A DNA stretch of 43,673 nucleotides, from contig DHJG01000014.1 of assembly GCA_002404215.1 (NCBI GenBank), positions 20,357-64,029 on the forward strand, given 5' to 3'. Each line of letters starts with the position of its first letter. Position 1 is the stretch's first letter. Shown here piece by piece: positions 17,734 through 26,966 of the stretch. Made by a program: the position numbers and the translations under genes. The stretch comes from Desulfosporosinus sp. UBA4726 (GTDB taxonomy: Bacteria; Bacillota; Desulfitobacteriia; Desulfitobacteriales; Desulfitobacteriaceae). The notes beneath the pieces are model-generated. The model saw only the letters and a list, made by a program, of their open reading frames with translations. It had not been told where the DNA came from and made no database searches.

Positions 17734-19503
17734 ATGTTAATCAATAATCTTTCACTTGCATATGAACAAGGTATTGTTTCGTCCGAAGAGATTAATAGGT
17801 TTAATGAAATTTTCGGTAACTGCACTTATGTGTTTGCAATAGTTGACTTTGATGGTAAATTTATCTACATGAACTCTATGCTGCGTAGTATTTTAGGTAT
17901 AGATCAAGATAGTTTGTTATACCAAACGGCAAATTACGTGGTCAATGCATATGTTCACCATAAGGATATTGATATGACGATTAAAGCACTCAATGAAGCT
18001 GTAAAAGGACAACAGGTCAATGAGTTCGAAAATCGTTATCGTCTTCAAAATGGGTCTTATATATGGCTATCATGGATGTTAATACCATTTGAAAATGAAA
18101 AGATAGTGTATATGATTGCACATGATATAACCGAACAGAGAGGTTCAAAAGAAAAACTAAAAAGATCAGATGTAGAGATTGAAAATATATTTAATAAAAT
18201 TACAGATTTCTTTTATGCATTAGATGAACAATGGAAATTCATTTATATCAATAACTCGGCAGCGATCGCTTTTGCTAAGGTTACACACCAAAGCTTTATA
18301 GGCAAATGCTATTGGGATATATTCCCTGATAGGAATAATATCTTCTTTGTAAAATACTTAGAAGCAACACTCACTCAAAAACCTGTACATTTTGAAGCAT
18401 TTTCTATTCTTACTGAGGGGTGGGTAACTGTAAATGTTTATCCATCCTCTGAAGGCATATCTGTATATTTCAAAGATATTTCTGAGCGAAAGAAATTGGA
18501 AAAGTCTTTAGAAGATGAACGACAACGCCTTTATGCTTTATTAGACGGATTACCTGGATTGGTCTATCTTAGAACTATTGAGGGAAAAGTGATTTTTGCT
18601 AACCATAATTTTAAAGAAATTCATGGGGATCCAGATAATAAACAGTGTTATGAGATACTTTTCAACAGAGATGAACTCTGTACTAATTGTCAATATGATG
18701 AGACTAAAAGCCCAAGGCAATGGCAATGCGTAATTAAGAATACTATTTTAGAAGTATATCAACACCCTTTTTATGATTCTAAAGGTACACAATTATTTCT
18801 TATGCAAATGCTTGATATAACTGAAAGAAAGATAGCCGAAGAGGAAATAGCACGTTTAGACCGATTTAATCTCATTGGGGAATTGGCTGCTAGTATAGCC
18901 CATGAAGTACGTAATCCGATGACCACCGTACGAGGTTTTTTGCAGATATTGAAAGGCAGAGATACTTCACAAGAAAACGCGGAATATTTCGACTTAATGA
19001 TCAGTGAGTTAGATAGGGCTAATGGTATAATAACTGAGTTTCTGTCTATCGCAAAAACAAAAACGCAATTACACGTAGTAGTAAAACTTAATAACTTAGT
19101 TGAATCACTGTACCCATTAATTCTTGCGGATGCTACGAATCAGGATAAACAAATTGTATTAGAAACTGCAGAAGTAAGTGAATTAATAATGGACGAAAGG
19201 GAAATACGACAGTTGATCCTGAATCTTACGAGAAACGGTCTAGAGGCAATGTTGCCCAGAGGTATTCTTAAAATAATTACATATGAGGATAAGAATGGTA
19301 TAGTTCTTGCTGTACAAGACCAGGGTACCGGTATTAGTGAAGACATTATGGCGAGAATAGGAACACCGTTTTTGACGACTAAAGAAAATGGAACAGGACT
19401 GGGACTATCAATGTGTTTTCGCATAGCAGATAGACATAATGCGAAAATTGAGGTAAAATCCACTTCAGCTGGGACCACTTTTTTGGTTCGATTTCATAAG
19501 TAA
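17734..19503 (+). CDS. Orphan cytoplasmic multi-PAS sensor histidine kinase (sporulation-kinase-like)
   Basis: Three PAS-like repeats, H-box AHEVRNPMTTVRGFLQ, N-box NLTRNGLEAM, DQGTG, FLTTKENGTGLGL; no TM. Confidence 0.93.
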   Translation: MLINNLSLAYEQGIVSSEEINRFNEIFGNCTYVFAIVDFDGKFIYMNSMLRSILGIDQDSLLYQTANYVVNAYVHHKDIDMTIKALNEAVKGQQVNEFENRYRLQNGSYIWLSWMLIPFENEKIVYMIAHDITEQRGSKEKLKRSDVEIENIFNKITDFFYALDEQWKFIYINNSAAIAFAKVTHQSFIGKCYWDIFPDRNNIFFVKYLEATLTQKPVHFEAFSILTEGWVTVNVYPSSEGISVYFKDISERKKLEKSLEDERQRLYALLDGLPGLVYLRTIEGKVIFANHNFKEIHGDPDNKQCYEILFNRDELCTNCQYDETKSPRQWQCVIKNTILEVYQHPFYDSKGTQLFLMQMLDITERKIAEEEIARLDRFNLIGELAASIAHEVRNPMTTVRGFLQILKGRDTSQENAEYFDLMISELDRANGIITEFLSIAKTKTQLHVVVKLNNLVESLYPLILADATNQDKQIVLETAEVSELIMDEREIRQLILNLTRNGLEAMLPRGILKIITYEDKNGIVLAVQDQGTGISEDIMARIGTPFLTTKENGTGLGLSMCFRIADRHNAKIEVKSTSAGTTFLVRFHK

Positions 19504-19590
19504 ATAGCATGATTGAAAGCCACACCTTGCTTTGGTTCGAACAGATGAGGAAGCGGTAGCATGCCCCACTTCCTTGAACGACAAGAAAAC

Positions 19591-20310
19591 TTAGCCGATT
19601 GATGAGCGTGAATGGGCTGCACGCTTATGAATCCAACTGCGCAAATCTTTGAGATCTAGAACGGTTATAATCTTTTTTTCTATTTGTATAATATTTTCTT
19701 CTTTTAGCTCTCCCAAAATACGGCTAACGGACTCCCGAGCTAGACTACACATCCCTGCAAGATCTGTCGCGGATAAGGGAACGGCAATTAATACTCCGTT
19801 AATAGACGTCTGTCCATGTACATGGGCCAAAGCATAAAGCTTGGCACCCAAGCGCAAACGTGCATCTCCAAGCGAAAGATTCTTAATTTGTCGGTAGGAA
19901 CGGCGCAAATCTAAAGCGAGTAAGCGGTAAAAGACCCACAGAACGGTAGGGTTTTTTTCTAAAAAACCCGAAAAGGTTTGCCGATCAATGGCTAATACTT
20001 CTGTCTCCTCAATGCAAAGCGCCGCATGAGGGTAGGGTTTCCCATCTAAAATTACCTCTGGGAAAAAGACTGGGGGACTAAGTACACGAATAATCTTCTC
20101 TGTGAATTCACCCATTAAGCACAACCGAATTCTACCAGTGACAAGAAAATAAACCGTAGTTCCTTCATCACCCGAGAAATAAAGATATTGTTTGGGCGCA
20201 TAGTGACGAATTCTACCATGCGCTAAGCAAAAATCGATAAATTCCGAGGGCATATTACCTGAAAAAAATTTATGTGTTAGAGTATTGCGAATTTGCTGTT
20301 CTTTTGACAT
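19591..20310 (-). CDS. Crp/Fnr family transcriptional regulator
   Basis: N-terminal effector beta-barrel (YFLVTGRIRL) and C-terminal HTH (DLAGMCSLARESVSRILGEL). Confidence 0.93.
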   Translation of the reverse strand: MSKEQQIRNTLTHKFFSGNMPSEFIDFCLAHGRIRHYAPKQYLYFSGDEGTTVYFLVTGRIRLCLMGEFTEKIIRVLSPPVFFPEVILDGKPYPHAALCIEETEVLAIDRQTFSGFLEKNPTVLWVFYRLLALDLRRSYRQIKNLSLGDARLRLGAKLYALAHVHGQTSINGVLIAVPLSATDLAGMCSLARESVSRILGELKEENIIQIEKKIITVLDLKDLRSWIHKRAAHSRSSIG

Positions 20311-20333
20311 GTTTATTGCTCCATCCTATAAAA

Positions 20334-20373
20334 TAAGCTCTCCAAACGGCAGTTTAGACGTTTGGGAAGCTTA
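20334..20373 (-). terminator. Terminator-like hairpin between the methyltransferase and Crp/Fnr genes
   Basis: TAAGCT.TCCAAACG / CGTTTGGG.AGCTTA inverted repeat, followed by TTTT on the minus strand. Confidence 0.55.
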
Positions 20374-20404
20374 GGTTCATTGTCCTCGGGTAGTATTGTG
20401 CGCT

Positions 20405-20971
20405 TTAGATAGAATTTCCCTTTATCAAAACGAATGCAGGTAAAGTTTGCACCCAGATGTTATCAAATCCTGCTTGTTCCATTAAGGATACCCAATAATC
20501 AATTGGATGTCTTTCTGTAAGGGGCGGTCCCATGACGGTCTCTTTATTTTGCCATTCAATAATCCAAATCTCTCCAGGTGTTCTCAATATCCTTTTGGCA
20601 TCTTGAAGGTAGCTCAAAGGATCATTTAGTTCGTGCAATACTGTGGCTATCAGAGCAACATCCACACTTTCTGAAGAAAGAGGAATGGTTTCACCTTCCG
20701 CAAGATGTGTCTCGACGCCCTGGAAAACTCCCCGTTCTTGGGCACGTTCTTTTAAACTATCCAAACGCTCAGGTTCAATATCTACGGCTTCAACTTTTCC
20801 TTGTTCCCCGACTATTTCTGCTGCCCTTATAGCAAAAAAACCAAATCCTGCTCCTAGATCGGCAAGATGCTGACCCGTCTTAATTCCAAAATTCAATAAA
20901 ATTTTGCGAGAAGGTAAGATCTTTTCCCGTTCTTCAAAATTGCTCAATTTAGAATGCCTATGTTCTGTCAA
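20405..20971 (-). CDS. Class I SAM-dependent methyltransferase
   Basis: ADLGAGFG motif I, AVDI, SVDV, VLHE, RILR. Confidence 0.9.
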   Translation of the reverse strand: MTEHRHSKLSNFEEREKILPSRKILLNFGIKTGQHLADLGAGFGFFAIRAAEIVGEQGKVEAVDIEPERLDSLKERAQERGVFQGVETHLAEGETIPLSSESVDVALIATVLHELNDPLSYLQDAKRILRTPGEIWIIEWQNKETVMGPPLTERHPIDYWVSLMEQAGFDNIWVQTLPAFVLIKGNSI

Positions 20972-21343
20972 TTAAATTCCCCCTTATGTTTTAATATTGA
21001 GCCTAACATAAATCGAATGTTTATTCTTGTCAAGAAGATTAATACTATGGATGCTCTAATTTTTTCAATAAGTTGTAAATAATCGATACCGAATGTTCAA
21101 AAAGGGCTCCAATTTTGATTCTTTTCAAAGTGAATAAAATATAGATTTGAGAATCCGGAGAGTTTGCGCACAAATTCATGCTACTTCCAGAGGAGAGCAT
21201 TTGGCTGTAGGAATTGCTCTCCTCTATACTTTTGGCTCAAGACGCGCGCGTTTGGGGCTTCTGATGGTCTTTAATTTGTTTAGTATGAGGAGGGGAGAGG
21301 TTCTTGTTCTAGAGGAGATAACGAAGCGCTACGCGATGAATAC

Positions 21344-21383
21344 AAAAAGACCCACATGTCCGAAAAAGCACATGTGGGTCTTT
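21344..21383 (-). terminator. Terminator of the second etfBA operon
   Basis: AAAGACCCACATGT / ACATGTGGGTCTTT 14-bp inverted repeat, T-run on the minus strand. Confidence 0.85.
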
Positions 21384-21423
21384 GATTAACAACACTCAAT
21401 TAAATAGACTGAGAGACTCAGAA

Positions 21424-22620
21424 TTATTTTTTGAGAGCTATTTTTAATTCTTCAGTTAAAACAGGTAATACTTCTAAAACATCCCCAACGATCCCATAGT
21501 TTGCTACCCCAAAGATAGGTGCCTCTGGGTCATTGTTTATGGCGATGATTACTTCAGAAGATGACATGCCTGCAAGATGCTGAATCGCTCCGGAAATACC
21601 ACAAGCAAAGTAAATTGTCGGTCCAACTGTTTTTCCAGTTTGACCAACCTGATGTGGATAAGGCATCCAACCAGCATCTACCGCTGCACGTGAGGAACCA
21701 ACAGAAGCGCCTAATACATCAGCAAGCGCCTGCACCAAGGCAAAGTTTTCTGGTTTGCCCATACCGCGACCGCCAGAGACAATAATTTTGGCTTCATGAA
21801 GATTGACAGATGATCCAGCAATTTTAATGATATCAATAAGCTTAGTACGGATATCTTCTGCTTTGGCTTTGCTGGCTACGTTAATGATTTCACCAGTTTT
21901 TGTGTAGTCTGGAACAGGTTTTTTGAAGACTGACGGACGAACAGTACCCATCTGTGGCCGATGCTCAGGACAGAGAATAGTAGCCATGATGTTCCCACCA
22001 AATGCAGGACGAGTCCAAGCAACAAGACCTGTTTCTTCATCGATACCAAGTCCTGTGCAGTCAGCGGTCAATCCGGTTCTGACGCGACAAGCTATTCTCG
22101 GTCCGAGATCACGGCCATCTTTGGTAGCACCGTATAGAATTACTGAAGGTTTGTATGTTTGTATTAAATCTTCAAAAGCCATAGCATACCCATCAGTACT
22201 GAAATTCTTAAGTTCTGGAGCTTCGACGAGATAAACTGTGTCAGCGCCAAAAGCAAATGCTTCTTTCGCCAGATCAGCGACTTTATCACCGATAATTACA
22301 GCGGCCAGTTTTTGGTTCATTTTATCGGCCAGCATGCGACCTTGACCGAGCAATTCGAGTCCTACATTACGTGGCTTGCCTTCGTATAATTCAATATAAA
22401 CAAAAACATTTTTATAAGAATTTTTGTCTCCAACCAAAACCACTTCTTCAGCTATATTGATAATTGCTTCAACTGGGCAAGACTCAACACAAGCGCCACA
22501 AGAAGTACAACCAACGTTAATAACTGCTTTGTCATCTTTCATCTCGATGACTCCAAATGGGCATGTCCCTTCGCATGAGCCACAACCAATACATAGATCG
22601 TCTTTAATTATTACAGCCAT
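21424..22620 (-). CDS. etfA: Electron transfer flavoprotein alpha subunit with N-terminal 2x[4Fe-4S] domain
   Basis: CIGCGSCEGTCP and CTSCGACVESCP; TGLTADCT, RPAFGGN, QVGQTG, GISGAIQH. Confidence 0.94.
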   Translation of the reverse strand: MAVIIKDDLCIGCGSCEGTCPFGVIEMKDDKAVINVGCTSCGACVESCPVEAIINIAEEVVLVGDKNSYKNVFVYIELYEGKPRNVGLELLGQGRMLADKMNQKLAAVIIGDKVADLAKEAFAFGADTVYLVEAPELKNFSTDGYAMAFEDLIQTYKPSVILYGATKDGRDLGPRIACRVRTGLTADCTGLGIDEETGLVAWTRPAFGGNIMATILCPEHRPQMGTVRPSVFKKPVPDYTKTGEIINVASKAKAEDIRTKLIDIIKIAGSSVNLHEAKIIVSGGRGMGKPENFALVQALADVLGASVGSSRAAVDAGWMPYPHQVGQTGKTVGPTIYFACGISGAIQHLAGMSSSEVIIAINNDPEAPIFGVANYGIVGDVLEVLPVLTEELKIALKK

Positions 22621-22637
22621 TCTCTTATAACCCTCCC

Positions 22638-23423
22638 TTACACAATTTTTGCGTCTTTTAATCTAGTGATGAGCTCAGCGACAGCTTCTTTTGCAGTGTC
22701 CTTTTTAATAACGACTGTATCCGAACGTTTCGGTGGAGAAAAGATTTTACTAACCTTAGTAGGCGAACCTTTCAGGCCGAGTCTAGTTTCATCAACGTCA
22801 AGATCTGCAAGTCCAAATTCGTCAAACTTAGCTTTTTTGGCTTTCATGATACCTTTCACGTTTGGAAAACGTGGATCATTAATCGATCTAACGACAGTCA
22901 TGAGCAATGGCAATTTGGCTTCGACAACTTCATAGCATTCATCTTGCTCTCTTTGAACTGTCACTGTATCGCCGTTAATTTCAACTTTTGAAACGAAGGT
23001 TAGTTGGGCAATCTCCAATTGTTCGGCCATTGAAGGTCCGACTTGAGCCGTATCTCCATCGATGGCTTGCATTCCGCATATAATAAGATCATACTTACCG
23101 AGTTTTCGTACAGCTGAAGCCAGCGTATAACTGGTGGCTAAGGTATCAGAACCGCCAAAAGCGCGATCGCTGACTAGAACACCTTTATCGGCGCCCAAAG
23201 CAACGCATTCTCTTAATGCTTCTGTAGCTTGAGGAGGGCCCATTGTAACAACAGTAATTGTACCACCATGTATTTCTTTCAATTGCAAAGCTGCTTCAAG
23301 TGCATGCATATCGAAAGGATTTACAATTGCTGGCACGCCCTGACGCATAAGAGTATTTGTTTCAGGGTCAATTTTAACTGAAGCAGAGTCGGGAACCTGT
23401 TTAATACATACGATGATTTCCAT
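22638..23423 (-). CDS. etfB: Electron transfer flavoprotein beta subunit
   Basis: CIKQVPD, VNPFD, GGSDTLAT, AIDGDTAQVGP, GSPT. Confidence 0.94.
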   Translation of the reverse strand: MEIIVCIKQVPDSASVKIDPETNTLMRQGVPAIVNPFDMHALEAALQLKEIHGGTITVVTMGPPQATEALRECVALGADKGVLVSDRAFGGSDTLATSYTLASAVRKLGKYDLIICGMQAIDGDTAQVGPSMAEQLEIAQLTFVSKVEINGDTVTVQREQDECYEVVEAKLPLLMTVVRSINDPRFPNVKGIMKAKKAKFDEFGLADLDVDETRLGLKGSPTKVSKIFSPPKRSDTVVIKKDTAKEAVAELITRLKDAKIV

Positions 23424-23507
23424 TTGCTTGTAGCCTCCTAATTAAAACTTTGTCGTCAAATAATAAACGCGGACACTTTTAGAGTTTGTGAATCAAAATT
23501 CAGATCA

Positions 23508-23536
23508 AGAATAACACGAAATTCAAAATAGTTCAA
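23508..23536 (-). promoter_or_regulatory. SigA-type promoter of etfBA, followed by a palindromic candidate operator (23487-23504)
   Basis: Minus strand TTGAAC-N17-TATTCT with TG extension; TGAAT-CAAA-ATTCA at the predicted start site. Confidence 0.55.
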
Positions 23537-23662
23537 TATTAATATGTGTATTTTTAAACAAAGTAATTTGAGAGGGCTTTCTCATTGTTCTATTCGTATC
23601 GAGAGGTGTTTTTCTAGAAGTATTTTTGCATGTAAGGAAAAAATTTACACTTAGAATAAGTG

Positions 23663-23692
23663 GCATATGAATTTTCAGAACAGGGAAAACTA
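23663..23692 (+). promoter_or_regulatory. SigF-type (forespore) promoter
   Basis: GCATA-N15-GGGAAAACTA matches GYATA-N15-GGnnAnAnTR. Confidence 0.6.
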
Positions 23693-23736
23693 TCATAAGG
23701 TTCCTTAAAATTTTTGATCTGAAAGGAATGATAAAT

Positions 23737-23853
23737 ATGGGCGCCCATAAGAAAGTTTCACGGCCAAAATCTCCGGTTACTGTAAGAGATCCTCATTACA
23801 CAGAGTTTGATACACAGAAAGAACGTAATATTCAAAAACCACTCCCACGTTAA
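23737..23853 (+). CDS. Small basic protein, 38 aa, not in ORF track; probable spore protein
   Basis: MGAHKKVSRPKSPVTVRDPHYTEFDTQKERNIQKPLPR; AAAGGA RBS, own promoter and downstream hairpin. Confidence 0.65.
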   Translation: MGAHKKVSRPKSPVTVRDPHYTEFDTQKERNIQKPLPR

Positions 23854-23859
23854 CTCCAT

Positions 23860-23886
23860 AGGAGTGTGCTTGAGCACACTCCTTAT
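23860..23886 (+). terminator. Hairpin terminator after the small ORF
   Basis: AGGAGTGTGC-TTGA-GCACACTCCT perfect 10-bp stem. Confidence 0.7.
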
Positions 23887-24010
23887 AATTATTCTAGAAA
23901 TCTAATCACTCCAGCTCGCGGAAAATAACAATCATTGTAAGTTTCTTTCTTGCTTTCTGCTTTATTGGAGGAATCATATGCTTACAATCAATAAAACTTG
24001 TGTAAGCAAA

Positions 24011-24037
24011 GCAGGAATTTGTTTATTTGCACAGAAT
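24011..24037 (+). promoter_or_regulatory. SigH-like promoter upstream of gap
   Basis: GCAGGAATT-N11-ACAGAAT. Confidence 0.55.
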
Positions 24038-24110
24038 AATGTTAAATTAAAGCATTATGAAATGCATACACCGGATTATGAATGCCGGATATTAAGAGGA
24101 GGTTAACCAA

Positions 24111-25121
24111 GTGAGTTTCCGCGTAGCAATTTCCGGTTTTGGTAGAATTGGTCGACTTACACTGCGTGCAGCCCTAAATCAATCGCTTCCCTTCGAAATA
24201 GTAGCCATCAATGATATGGGAAGTCCCGATATGTTAGCCCATTTACTAAAGTATGATTCAGTTCACGGCATCCTGCCCAATACAGTGGGAATTGATGGAC
24301 ACGCTTTGATAATTGACGGAAAACGTATCGAAATTTTAGCCGATAGAAACCCTCTCAATTTGCCCTGGGGTAAACTCGGAGTAGATATTGTTATCGACAC
24401 AACCGGACACTTTACTAAGCGTGACGCCGCAGCACAACATCTTACAACGGGAGCCAAAAAGGTTGTCATTTCCTCGCCGGCCAAAGACGAAGATATCACC
24501 ATTGTCATGGGAGTCAACGATGAAAAATATGATCCATTGAATCACCATATTATTTCCAATGCCTCTTGTACAACTAACTGTCTTGCTCCGGTAGCTAAAG
24601 TTTTAGTTGACGCCTTTGGAATTGAACAAGGGATGATGACGACTACTCATTCAGTCACAAATGATCAGCGGACTGTGGATGTAAAGCACAAAGATTGGCG
24701 TAGAGCTAGGGCCGCTTATCAATCTATAATTCCAACAACGACGGGTGCGGCCAAAGCGGTTACTCTTGTCATACCGGAATTAACAGGCAAAATGAATGGC
24801 CTAGCTGTTCGGGTCCCTACACCTAATGTATCCTTGGTTGATTTTGTAGCTAATTTAACTAGACCAACAACCAAAGCAGAAGTTAACGATGCCTTACGTC
24901 AAGCCGCAAATGGTAGGATGAAAGGAATACTTGATTATACAGAATTACCTCTAGTTTCCCATGATTTTAATGGTAATCCTGCCAGTTCTATAGTAGACGG
25001 ATTATCGACCATGATGATTGGTGAACGAATGGTAAAAGTGTTAGCTTGGTATGATAATGAATGGGGCTATTCAAACCGCATTTTAGATTTAGTGAAACTT
25101 ATTGTAATGAAAGGATTGTAG
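24111..25121 (+). CDS. gap: Type I glyceraldehyde-3-phosphate dehydrogenase
   Basis: GFGRIGR, SNASCTTNCLAP catalytic Cys, RVPTPNVS, WYDNEWGYS. Confidence 0.97.
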   Translation: MSFRVAISGFGRIGRLTLRAALNQSLPFEIVAINDMGSPDMLAHLLKYDSVHGILPNTVGIDGHALIIDGKRIEILADRNPLNLPWGKLGVDIVIDTTGHFTKRDAAAQHLTTGAKKVVISSPAKDEDITIVMGVNDEKYDPLNHHIISNASCTTNCLAPVAKVLVDAFGIEQGMMTTTHSVTNDQRTVDVKHKDWRRARAAYQSIIPTTTGAAKAVTLVIPELTGKMNGLAVRVPTPNVSLVDFVANLTRPTTKAEVNDALRQAANGRMKGILDYTELPLVSHDFNGNPASSIVDGLSTMMIGERMVKVLAWYDNEWGYSNRILDLVKLIVMKGL

Positions 25122-25139
25122 ACTAGGAGGTACTGCACC

Positions 25140-26873
25140 ATGAGACGAACAAAAATTGTCTGTACTATTGGTCCGGCGAGTGATTCTAAGGAAAAAGTTC
25201 AAGCTCTATTGGCGGCGGGTATGGATGTTGCTCGTCTGAATTTCTCACATGGAACTCATGAGGAACATGGCCGAAGGATGGCTACTCTAAAAGAAGAAGC
25301 TGCTAAAATCGGAAAGCATCTTGGTATTCTTCTGGACACCAAAGGGCCAGAAATACGCACCGGAATGGTTCCTGAAGAAGGGATTGTGCTAAAAAACGGT
25401 TCCGCATTTACTTTGGATACAGATCTTTCTCTAGGTGATCAACAGCGGGTTGGAATCACATATACTACTTTGTGGAAAAAAACCACCCCAGGTTCCCATA
25501 TTCTTATCGATGACGGTCAAATTGATTTAGAAGTAACCTCTGTGGATAGGGAAATTATTCAAACCATTATTCGTAATGGTGGAGTCCTTAAGTCTCAGAA
25601 AGGGGTTAATGTTCCTGGCGCCTTGATCGATTTACCCGCTGTCACAGAAAAGGATATTGCGGATATTCGCTTCGGCATTACTCAAGGCATTGACTTTATC
25701 GCAGCCTCATTTACACGTAAGGCCTCAGATGTTTTGGACGTGCGCCGAGTCGTGGAGGAAATGGGTGCGGATGTCCAGATTATTGCTAAAATTGAAAGCC
25801 AAGAAGGCCTGACGAACTTAGACGCTATTCTAGAAGTAGCAGATGGAATCATGGTTGCGCGTGGTGACCTGGGGGTTGAAATTCCTGTTGAAGAAGTTCC
25901 TATAAGTCAGAAGGAAATAATTCGCAAATGCAATTTATTAGGCAAACCCGTTATTGTAGCAACTCAAATGCTAGATTCGATGATACGCCAACCCCGACCT
26001 ACTAGAGCGGAGGCAAGTGACGTTGCCAACGCCATTTGGGATGGTACAGATGCGATTATGTTGTCGGGTGAAACAGCGGCCGGCCTTTTTCCAATTGGAG
26101 CCGTTCAGATGATGGATAAGATCGCCCAACGCACGGAGAAAACGTTTTTGGATAATCAAGCAACCCGCCATCCTCAGATTAATGTTGCTGAGGCAATTAG
26201 TTTCGCAAGCTATACTATAGCAAAAGACCTTCAAGCCGTAGCCATTATAACGCCTACTCATTCGGGCTTGACTGCGCGTATGATCTCCAAGTATCGGCCG
26301 ATTGCCTTAATTGTAGCTGCAACCCCATTTGCTACCACTGCCAGAAAATTATCTTTACAATGGGGCGTTCAACCGCTCATTGTCCCTTCAAGTTCAGGAA
26401 CTGATCAAATGTTATGCGTTGCTGTGACTGCATCCCTGAATCAAAACTATATTCATGCTGGAGATGTTGTGGTCATCACAGCTGGAGTTCCTATTGGTAA
26501 AGTTGGTTCCACAAATATGATTAAAGTCCAAATTATAGGAAATATTATAGCTAGAGGGATTGGAATTGGACGCAAGTCTTATTCAGGCGTAGCACGCAAA
26601 GTTCAATCTCCGGATAGGGATATTTTTAACGATGGAGATATTCTTATTGCAGAGACAACTGATGCGAGCTTTGTGCCAATTATTGCTCGAGCTGGGGCCA
26701 TTGTCGTTGTAGAAGGTGGTTTGACATCACCTGCTGCTATTGTCGCTTTACAATATGGGATTCCGGCAATTGTTGGTGCACAGGAAGCCTTTGCCAAGGT
26801 ATCTAGCGGGCAAACCGTAACTGTTGATGCCTTATCCGGCGTGATGTATGAGGGATCCGTCAGTATTCTCTAA
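25140..26873 (+). CDS. pyk: Pyruvate kinase with C-terminal PEP-utiliser mobile domain
   Basis: TKIVCTIGP, RLNFSHG, DTKGPEIRTG, MVARGDLGVE, ATQMLDSM, MLSGETA. Confidence 0.97.
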   Translation: MRRTKIVCTIGPASDSKEKVQALLAAGMDVARLNFSHGTHEEHGRRMATLKEEAAKIGKHLGILLDTKGPEIRTGMVPEEGIVLKNGSAFTLDTDLSLGDQQRVGITYTTLWKKTTPGSHILIDDGQIDLEVTSVDREIIQTIIRNGGVLKSQKGVNVPGALIDLPAVTEKDIADIRFGITQGIDFIAASFTRKASDVLDVRRVVEEMGADVQIIAKIESQEGLTNLDAILEVADGIMVARGDLGVEIPVEEVPISQKEIIRKCNLLGKPVIVATQMLDSMIRQPRPTRAEASDVANAIWDGTDAIMLSGETAAGLFPIGAVQMMDKIAQRTEKTFLDNQATRHPQINVAEAISFASYTIAKDLQAVAIITPTHSGLTARMISKYRPIALIVAATPFATTARKLSLQWGVQPLIVPSSSGTDQMLCVAVTASLNQNYIHAGDVVVITAGVPIGKVGSTNMIKVQIIGNIIARGIGIGRKSYSGVARKVQSPDRDIFNDGDILIAETTDASFVPIIARAGAIVVVEGGLTSPAAIVALQYGIPAIVGAQEAFAKVSSGQTVTVDALSGVMYEGSVSIL

Positions 26874-26903
26874 AAAGTCTAACTCATAAATTGCTTAACT
26901 GAA

Positions 26904-26943
26904 AAACAAACGAGTACAGTAAATCTACTGTACTCGTTTGTTT
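26904..26943. terminator. Bidirectional terminator
   Basis: Perfect 18-bp inverted repeat AAACAAACGAGTACAGTA / TACTGTACTCGTTTGTTT between convergent genes. Confidence 0.88.
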
Positions 26944-26966
26944 GGTCCACGCCACCTAATAGCGTT

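Noticed and set aside
21147-21389. 80-aa plus-strand ORF
   Set aside because: TTG start without RBS, runs through hairpins and the etfA terminator
23486-23504. Rex operator upstream of etfB
   Set aside because: The TTGTGAA half-site is present but spacing to TTCA is 6 nt rather than 4; kept only as an unassigned palindrome
25119-25142. gap TAG is in frame with pyk through six sense codons
   Set aside because: About a one-in-three chance; pyk has a strong AGGAGG RBS and both enzymes are full length
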